From NCBI GenBank assembly GCA_009929265.1, contig SAAU01000001.1, positions 58,245-122,244 of the forward strand: 64,000 nucleotides of DNA. Direction: 5' to 3'. Source of the DNA: Alphaproteobacteria bacterium (GTDB taxonomy: Bacteria > Pseudomonadota > Alphaproteobacteria > CASFRQ01 > SAAU01). The notes under the pieces are model-generated. The model was given only the letters and a program-made list of their open reading frames with translations, was not told the DNA's origin and did no database searches. This document shows, in pieces, positions 57,302-64,000 of the stretch (its first letter is position 1; each line of letters begins with the position of its first letter). A program made the translations under genes and the position numbers.

Positions 57302-60121
57302 CTACTCTTCTACAGTTTCTGTTTCTGTTTCATTTTCAGAGGATTCTTGCGTTTCTAAAGAAGGTTCTTGCCCTTCTTCTATCGCTTGAGTTTCAACAGG
57401 TTGAGTTTCAACTTCAGTTGTTTGACCTTCTAAATCCTCATCCTCATCATATTCGTCTACACAAGTGACCGAAACGACCTTTTCATCTTTATCCAAACGG
57501 AACAAGATAACCCCTAATGTGTTTCTTCCTGCCTTTTTGATTTGACTGATAGGCATACGAATAAGCTTTCCACCATCTGTGACCATCATCAAATGTTCAT
57601 TGTCCAAAGCAGGCAAAGAAGCAACAACCTTCGCATCTCGTTTTGTCGTATCAATATTTGTGATACCCGAGCCGCCTCTTGAAGTAATCCTGTATTCGTA
57701 AGCAGAAGAGCGTTTTCCCATCCCTTTATCTGTGACAGTTAAAATAAACTCTTCATTTGCTTCCATTTCTTGGAATTCTTCTTCGGTTAGAGACATTGTT
57801 GAATCATCAAATTCAACCGTATCTTCTTCGTCGGCTTCATTCAAAGCGCGGCGTCTAGCATTGGCTTCTTTAAGGTAAGCTTTCTTCTTTTCCGTATCTT
57901 CATCCACATGATTTAGAATGGACATTCCAATAACTTTATCGTCAGCACCTAAACGCATTCCGCGAACACCTGTTGAAGATCGACTTTCAAAAATACGAAC
58001 ATCTGGCACAGGGAAACGAACACATTTTCCGCCTTCTGCAGCTAAAAGAATGTCTTGCTCTTCTGTGCAAATCCGAACGTTAATAAGATTATCATCGTCA
58101 TCCAACTTCATAGCAATTTTTCCGTTAGATTGAACATTTATAAAGTCAGATAATCTATTGCGACGTACAGAACCAGAAGCTGTAGCGAACATTACGCTCA
58201 ACCCTTCACATTCTTCAACATTTTCAGGAAGTTTTAAGATTGTCGTAATTATTTCGCCCTGTTCAACGGGAAGAAGATTGATAATCGCCTTTCCTAGAGA
58301 TTGTGGCGTTCCCTCTGGTAAACGGTAAGCCTTCATCTTATAGACTTTTCCTTTACTGGAGAAGAACAAAAGCGGCGTATGTGTGCAAGCAACAAACAAA
58401 TTGCTAACCACATCTTCTGACCGTGTTGACATCCCAGAACGCCCTTTTCCACCCCGATGTTGTGCGCGGTATGTAGAAAGAGGAACCCGTTTCACATATC
58501 CTGAGGCCGTCATCGTCACAACCATATCTTCGCGTGGGATAAGGTCTTCAATATCTTGCTCAAATTCAGAATCTTCAATCGTTGTTTTCCGAGGCGTTGC
58601 AAAATCATTTTTAACTTGTTCAAATTCGTCTTTCATTATGCCATAGAGTTTTTCTCTTGATGCCAAAATAGAAAGAAATTCTTTGATTTGACCGCCTAAA
58701 TCGGAAACATCGGCATGAATTTTATCTCTTTCCAAGCCTGTCAATCTTTGAAGTTTTAAATCCAAAATAGCTTTTGCCTGTATTTCGGAAAGAAAGTATC
58801 TTCCGCTTTCAACTTTTCTATCAGGTTCATCAATCAATTGAATTAACGGTTCAACGTCTTTTGCTTCCCAATTTTTTGCCATCAAGTTGGCCTTAGCAAC
58901 AACAGGATCCGGCGCTGTTCTAATCATTTCAATGACTTTATCAATATTGGCAACCGCAATCGCCAACCCGACCAAAACGTGAGCTTTGTCACGTGCTTTA
59001 CTTAATTCAAAAGCCGTTCTACGACGAATAACCTCTTCTCTAAAAGAAATAAAGGCCTTCAAAATGGCTTGTAAATTCATTGTTTCTGGACGACCAGAAT
59101 TCAATGCCAAAGAGTTAACCCCAAAACTTGATTGCAATGGCGTATTTTTATAAAGTAAATTTAAAACAACATCAGGATGTGCATCTCGTTTCAACTCAAT
59201 TACAACTCGAACGCCATGTCTGTCTGATTCATCCCGCAAATCAGAGATACCCTCAATTTCCTTATCTTTAACAAGCTTTGCAATTTTCATAATCATAGAA
59301 GCTTTATTAACTTGATACGGAATCTCCGTCACAATAATGGCCATTCTATCTTTTCTGACTTCTTCAAAATGAGTACGTCCCCGTAAAATTACGGAGCCAC
59401 GTCCCGTTAAGGAAGCCAAACGACACCCAGTGTGTCCCATGATAATTCCACCTGTCGGAAAATCAGGACCCGGAACAATTGCAAACAATTCTTCTGGCGT
59501 AATTTCAGGGTTTGCAATCATCTCGATACAGGCCGTCAAAACTTCCCCCAAATTGTGTGGAGGAATATTTGTGGCCATCCCAACGGCAATCCCGCCAGAT
59601 CCATTTACAAGAAGATTTGGAAATCTTGCAGGTAAAACAGAGGGTTCTCTTGTTGTTTCGTCATAGTTAAGTCGAAAATCAATCGTGTCTTTTGAAATGT
59701 CTTCAAGCAAATAAGATGAAGAAGGCGCAAGCTTGGCTTCCGTATAACGCATAGCAGCTGCTTTATCCCCATCCATAGATCCAAAGTTTCCTTGAGAAGC
59801 AATAAGGGGCAAGCGCATTGAGAAATCTTGAGCCAAACGAACCAAAGCTTCATAAATAGAGCTATCCCCATGAGGGTGATATTTTCCCATAACATCCCCG
59901 ACAATACGGGCACATTTCCGAAAAGGCTTGCTATAATCATAGCCATTTTCATGCATAGAATACAAAATCCGCCGATGAACAGGTTTTAACCCATCCCTTA
60001 CATCTGGCAACGCTCTTGAAACAATAACGCTCATCGCATAGTCTAAGTAGGAGCGCTTCATCTCATCTTCAATAAGAATTTCTGTAATTCCTTCTTGTTT
60101 TTCAATTACTTTATCAGTCAC
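57302..60121 (-). CDS. gyrA: DNA gyrase subunit A
   Basis: 939 aa. The active-site region has the Tyr context AMRYTEAKL. GyrA-box/beta-pinwheel CTD repeats are present, followed by an acidic C-terminal tail. Confidence 0.95.
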   Translation of the reverse strand: MTDKVIEKQEGITEILIEDEMKRSYLDYAMSVIVSRALPDVRDGLKPVHRRILYSMHENGYDYSKPFRKCARIVGDVMGKYHPHGDSSIYEALVRLAQDFSMRLPLIASQGNFGSMDGDKAAAMRYTEAKLAPSSSYLLEDISKDTIDFRLNYDETTREPSVLPARFPNLLVNGSGGIAVGMATNIPPHNLGEVLTACIEMIANPEITPEELFAIVPGPDFPTGGIIMGHTGCRLASLTGRGSVILRGRTHFEEVRKDRMAIIVTEIPYQVNKASMIMKIAKLVKDKEIEGISDLRDESDRHGVRVVIELKRDAHPDVVLNLLYKNTPLQSSFGVNSLALNSGRPETMNLQAILKAFISFREEVIRRRTAFELSKARDKAHVLVGLAIAVANIDKVIEMIRTAPDPVVAKANLMAKNWEAKDVEPLIQLIDEPDRKVESGRYFLSEIQAKAILDLKLQRLTGLERDKIHADVSDLGGQIKEFLSILASREKLYGIMKDEFEQVKNDFATPRKTTIEDSEFEQDIEDLIPREDMVVTMTASGYVKRVPLSTYRAQHRGGKGRSGMSTRSEDVVSNLFVACTHTPLLFFSSKGKVYKMKAYRLPEGTPQSLGKAIINLLPVEQGEIITTILKLPENVEECEGLSVMFATASGSVRRNRLSDFINVQSNGKIAMKLDDDDNLINVRICTEEQDILLAAEGGKCVRFPVPDVRIFESRSSTGVRGMRLGADDKVIGMSILNHVDEDTEKKKAYLKEANARRRALNEADEEDTVEFDDSTMSLTEEEFQEMEANEEFILTVTDKGMGKRSSAYEYRITSRGGSGITNIDTTKRDAKVVASLPALDNEHLMMVTDGGKLIRMPISQIKKAGRNTLGVILFRLDKDEKVVSVTCVDEYDEDEDLEGQTTEVETQPVETQAIEEGQEPSLETQESSENETETETVEE

Positions 60122-60181
60122 ACAATCACCTATTTTATCTCAATTCAACTAAAAACCTTACAAAAACTTAAAAGCAAAAGT

Positions 60182-60625
60182 TTAGAATGGAATATCATCA
60201 TCAAAAGATGAAGGCTCTTCAGCGGAAGGCGCATCCCATCCTGAGGAAGAATCAGAGCTTCCCATCCCATTTGAAGAACGAGAATCTAAAGAAATAAGTT
60301 CCCCTCTGTAATTTCCAATAATAATTTCTGTTGAATATTTATCTTGACCATTTTGATCTGTCCATTTGCGGGTTTGAAGAGCCCCTTCAATATAGACTTT
60401 AGATCCTTTTTTCATATATTTTTCAGCAAAATCTGCCAAAGCATTGTTAAAAATAACAACCCGATGCCATTCTGTTTTTTCCTGTTTTTGTCCTGATTTA
60501 TCTTTCCAAACATCACTCGTTGCAACAGAAAGTGTTGCAATTTTTTGTCCTGTTGATGTATTTCTAACTTCTGGTTCTTTTCCCAAGTTTCCAAGGAGAA
60601 TAACCTTATTTATACTTCCAGCCAT
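60182..60625 (-). CDS. ssb: single-stranded DNA-binding protein
   Basis: The N-terminus reads MAGSINKVILLGNLGKEPEVR. An OB fold and a Gly/Ser-rich linker are followed by the C-terminal DDDIPF tail. The ATG at 60625 is preferred over the upstream in-frame start. Confidence 0.9.
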   Translation of the reverse strand: MAGSINKVILLGNLGKEPEVRNTSTGQKIATLSVATSDVWKDKSGQKQEKTEWHRVVIFNNALADFAEKYMKKGSKVYIEGALQTRKWTDQNGQDKYSTEIIIGNYRGELISLDSRSSNGMGSSDSSSGWDAPSAEEPSSFDDDIPF

Positions 60626-60831
60626 TTTTACCTCTAAAATTATAGTTATCAAACAGACTTAACATACACTTTTTTCAAGCAGAATAAAAGCTTTTTTATG
60701 AATTTTTTGCATATTTTTTAATTTTTTTTCTTCCAAAGAGAATTCTTTAATGTTTTGAGAAAAAAAAGCCTTTCTCCCATATTTTTCTCTGAAATTTTGA
60801 AAGGGCTTTAGCTTAAGAAAAAGCCTTTATT

Positions 60832-62088
60832 TTAGCCTAAGAAAGACAGGAACACCCCTGCGGCAACAGCCGATCCAATCGCTCCTGCCACATTGGGCGC
60901 CATAGCGTGCATTAAAAGGAAATTTCCCTCGTCTTCTTTAAGAGCTAAGTTTTGCGAAACTCGAGCCGCCATAGGAACAGCCGAAACCCCTGCGGATCCA
61001 ATTAAAGGATTGATTTTATCTTTCAAAAACAAGTTCATAAATTTGGCCATTAAAACGCCCGATGCGGTCCCTAAAACAAAGGCAAACGCCCCTAAAAATA
61101 AAATGAGCAAAGTTTGGGGTTGTAAAAACTCTGTCGCCGTAAGTTTCACCCCAATAGAAAGCCCTAAAAGTAAGGTTGTGATATTCATTAGTTCGTTTTG
61201 AACGCTCTTTGATAAACGATCTGTCACGCCACATTCTTTAAGGATATTTCCAAACATAAGCATCCCAATTAAAGGGGCCGCAGAAGGCACAAAAAACACG
61301 CAAAGCAAAAAACACACAAAGGGGAAAAGAAGAAGCTCTTTTTTCGAAACCGCTCTTTGATTTTTCATCCGAATAAGGCGTTCTTTTTTGGTGGTCAATA
61401 AACGCATAACAGGCGGCTGTAAAACAGGCACCAAAGCCATATAGGAGTAAGCCGCAACGGAAATAGCCCCCAACAAATGAGGCGCCAGCTTTCCAGATAA
61501 AAAGATAGAAGTTGGCCCATCTGCCCCTCCGATAATGGAGATAGACGCTGCCTCTTTAAGCGAAAAGAGGGATCCGCCCGCCCCGCCTAAAGCCATAGCC
61601 CCTAGAAAGGTTCCAAAAATGGCAAATTGCGCCGCAGCTCCCAAAAGGATAAGCTTTGGATTAGAAAGCATCGGGGTAAAATCGGTCATCGCCCCAACGC
61701 CCATAAAAATCAACAAGGGGAAAAGGCCTGTTTTGATTCCAAATTCGTAAATAAAGTATAAAAAGCCCCCTTCCCTTGCAATTTCAAGAGTGGGGATATT
61801 TGCCAAAATTCCACCAAAAGCAATCGGCACCAATAAAAGCGGCTCAAATTTTTTACAAATGGCCAAATACATCAGCCCAAGCATTAAAACAATCATAAAC
61901 AGGCTTTGCATTCCCGCGCTATCTTTTAGAAAATGATACACCCCTGTTTGCGTTAAAAAGGAAGTTATCAATTCTTTTTGGGAAACAAAAAATGGCAAAC
62001 AAATCAAGAGGAAAAGAAAGGCAAAAAAAGCAACTTTTAGTCCCTTTATTTTTTTTAAATTTTCTTGAATAGAAAAGATATTTTTCAC
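60832..62088 (-). CDS. oadB: Na+-translocating decarboxylase beta subunit (OadB/GcdB/MmdB family)
   Basis: 418 aa with about 9 or more TM helices. Family-typical segments include [21 protein letters not shown] and [15 protein letters not shown]. Confidence 0.75.
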   Translation of the reverse strand: MKNIFSIQENLKKIKGLKVAFFAFLFLLICLPFFVSQKELITSFLTQTGVYHFLKDSAGMQSLFMIVLMLGLMYLAICKKFEPLLLVPIAFGGILANIPTLEIAREGGFLYFIYEFGIKTGLFPLLIFMGVGAMTDFTPMLSNPKLILLGAAAQFAIFGTFLGAMALGGAGGSLFSLKEAASISIIGGADGPTSIFLSGKLAPHLLGAISVAAYSYMALVPVLQPPVMRLLTTKKERLIRMKNQRAVSKKELLLFPFVCFLLCVFFVPSAAPLIGMLMFGNILKECGVTDRLSKSVQNELMNITTLLLGLSIGVKLTATEFLQPQTLLILFLGAFAFVLGTASGVLMAKFMNLFLKDKINPLIGSAGVSAVPMAARVSQNLALKEDEGNFLLMHAMAPNVAGAIGSAVAAGVFLSFLG

Positions 62089-62112
62089 AATTTTCTCCCT
62101 TAATAAAACACT

Positions 62113-63906
62113 TTATCTTATTATTGCAAGTATTTGATTTTCTTCGACTTGTTCGCCTACTTCAGCTTTAATTTCTTGAACAATTCCTTTGTGTTTTGAC
62201 TTAATCAAAACTTCCATTTTCATCACTTCAATCACAAATAAGGGCGTCTCTAAGTCGACTTCTTCCCCTTTTGAAACAAGAACTTTTGATACCGTTCCAT
62301 TTAAGGGCGAGGCCACTTTGTTTTCTCTTTCGTTTTTTAAGGAAGATTCTACCTTATCCGATTTTTCCTTTTCTTTAGAAGACGCCACCTCTTTTTTTAG
62401 AAAATCAAACGCATATTCTTTCCCATTAACAAAGGCTTTATTTCCCGAAAGCTCCACGTCAAAAGGCTTTTTACCAATTAAAATTGTTTGTTTTTTCAAC
62501 GGTTTTTCCACCCAACGAATGGCCACATTTTTCTTTCCTTGAAGGAAGGCTATCCCCTTTTCCCCGCAAGCAGCAACAATAAAGATATTCTCATCTGTCA
62601 CAGGGATTTTATTGTTTTTCAAGTGCTCTATCGCTGCGTTAATACCTTTTTGAGTATCTTCCTCGTTAATATCCAAAGGCAACCTATCCGTCTTTGGCAG
62701 ATTCATTTGCTCTGAGGCAATTTCGACCACTTTTTCATCGGGCGGCATAGGGGTTTTTCCAAAATAGCCCAAAACCATTTTTCCATAGCCTTCTGCAATC
62801 TTTTTCCACGGGCCAAACATTACATTATTAAAAGCTTGTTGAAAATAAAACTGCGACACAGGCGTCACAGAGGTGCCAAAGCCCCCTTTCCTGACAACTT
62901 CTTCCATTGATTTAATCACTTGAGGAAACTTATCCATCAGGCCATTATCTCTTAGCATTTGGGTGTTTGCTGTCAAGGCTCCGCCTGGCATAGGGCTCCA
63001 AGGAATTTGTGGTTCCACTTTCAAGGCTTCTTTAGGAAGAAAATAGTCCTTCATCGCCTCTTTAAATCTGTCTTCTAACGTCATAATGGCTTGAACATCA
63101 ACATCTAGCTCATAGGCAGATCCCCTCAAAACATGCCAAAAGGTTGCAATATCCGGAGAACATGTTCCTCCAGAAACAGGCGCTAAAGAAAGATCCACCG
63201 TCTGAACCCCCGCTTCAATGGCGGAAATATAACATGCCACAGAAACTCCCGCCGTTTCGTGAGAGTGAAATTGCAATGGAAAATCATCCCCTAATAGGTT
63301 TTTGGCCCGCCGCACTGTTTCATAGACAACAGAGGGAACAGAGGTGCCTGAAGCATCCTTAAAACAAAGAGAATCAAAGGGAATCCCAGAATCCAAAAAG
63401 CGTTTCAAACAGGCCTCGTAAAAATCGGCATTATGAGCGCCTTCACATCCTGGTGGCAAAGACATCATCGTCAAAGTCAACTGGTGGGAAAGCCCTGCGT
63501 CTTTAATGCATTGTCCACTGTAAAGAAGGTTATTGGGATCATTTAACGCGTCAAAATTTCGAATAACGTCCACCCCATGCTTTTTGAAAAGCTTTGCATG
63601 GAGGTTAATCACGTCTCTGGGTTGCGAATCAAGACCGACAACGTTAATTCCCCGCGCCAAAGTTTGAAGTTTTACTTGAGGACCCACCGTTTTTCGAAAC
63701 GCATCCATGACATCAAACGCATTCTCTCCTGTGTATAAAAAAGGCGACTGAAACAAAGCCCCGCCCCCTGATTCAAAGTAGGAAATCCCCGCTTTTGTTG
63801 CCTCTTTCACAATAGGTAAATAGTCCTTTGAAAGCACTCTTGCCCCAAAGGCAGATTGGAACCCGTCTCGAAAGGCCGTGCACATAAAGTTTATTTTCTT
63901 TGTCAT
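62113..63906 (-). CDS. oadA: oxaloacetate decarboxylase alpha subunit-like (5S carboxyltransferase TIM barrel plus biotinyl domain)
   Basis: The N-terminal carboxyltransferase reads TAFRDGFQS...LQFHSHETAGVSVA (metal-binding HxH). The C-terminal biotinyl-lysine motif reads EVMKME within a lipoyl-like domain. Confidence 0.75.
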   Translation of the reverse strand: MTKKINFMCTAFRDGFQSAFGARVLSKDYLPIVKEATKAGISYFESGGGALFQSPFLYTGENAFDVMDAFRKTVGPQVKLQTLARGINVVGLDSQPRDVINLHAKLFKKHGVDVIRNFDALNDPNNLLYSGQCIKDAGLSHQLTLTMMSLPPGCEGAHNADFYEACLKRFLDSGIPFDSLCFKDASGTSVPSVVYETVRRAKNLLGDDFPLQFHSHETAGVSVACYISAIEAGVQTVDLSLAPVSGGTCSPDIATFWHVLRGSAYELDVDVQAIMTLEDRFKEAMKDYFLPKEALKVEPQIPWSPMPGGALTANTQMLRDNGLMDKFPQVIKSMEEVVRKGGFGTSVTPVSQFYFQQAFNNVMFGPWKKIAEGYGKMVLGYFGKTPMPPDEKVVEIASEQMNLPKTDRLPLDINEEDTQKGINAAIEHLKNNKIPVTDENIFIVAACGEKGIAFLQGKKNVAIRWVEKPLKKQTILIGKKPFDVELSGNKAFVNGKEYAFDFLKKEVASSKEKEKSDKVESSLKNERENKVASPLNGTVSKVLVSKGEEVDLETPLFVIEVMKMEVLIKSKHKGIVQEIKAEVGEQVEENQILAIIR

Positions 63907-64000
63907 TTACGCTCTCCCCGATTTTTAAGTTTCGAAAGGAAAATAGCCAAAGCCACCTCATCTAAATTTTCTTTAGACGTGGCAAAAGAGCCCATTATTT

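Overview
This 64-kb window reads as an AT-rich chromosome segment from a host-associated alphaproteobacterium. I judged GC content by eye as roughly mid-30s percent and computed nothing. The lineage call rests on the secB / Tim44-like / mltA / smr arrangement and the rplU-rpmA and mfd context.

The housekeeping backbone is: lysS, a DinG-family helicase, a RumA-like RNA methyltransferase, rpmA-rplU, mfd, mutL, pgi, lspA, argS, a SPOR protein, an S2P-like protease, serS, rnj, secB, a Tim44-like gene, mltA, smr, tsaD, tRNA-Glu, an amidohydrolase, ppiB, gyrA, ssb and oadAB. Three accessory blocks interrupt it.

1. A very AT-rich glycan-biosynthesis cluster at about 20.4-32.8 kb. It contains an FdtA-like isomerase, a DegT aminotransferase, a PglD/NeuD-like acyltransferase, a GT2 glycosyltransferase, a radical SAM enzyme, a dedicated ACP and two KAS III (FabH-like) condensing enzymes. 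Together these predict an N-acylated 3-amino-6-deoxyhexose.

2. A compact phage-derived module at 34.7-42.6 kb. It has a consensus sigma70-like promoter, a terminase large subunit, a GroES-like ORF, a putative portal, small structural ORFs and a holin / M15 endolysin / overlapped-spanin lysis cassette.

3. A three-gene [FeFe]-hydrogenase operon at 42.8-46.8 kb directly downstream of the lysis cassette. It encodes a NuoE-like subunit, a NuoF-like subunit and a HydA catalytic subunit with intact H-cluster motifs. Two tandem paralogous Cys-rich secreted proteins follow it, bracketed by a near-identical ~40-bp direct repeat that contains the terminator hairpins.

Other notable points:
- mutL is full length apart from a single in-frame TGA.
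- tsaD reads through in frame into a thioredoxin that keeps its own RBS and ATG.
- A 1.95-kb coding desert carries an ~87-nt relic of 23S rRNA domain V.
- A Na+-translocating decarboxylase (oadAB) together with the hydrogenase suggests an anaerobic, fermentative lifestyle.

I saw no CRISPR array and no IS element. All identifications are from motif-level reading of the supplied translations. No database search was run.
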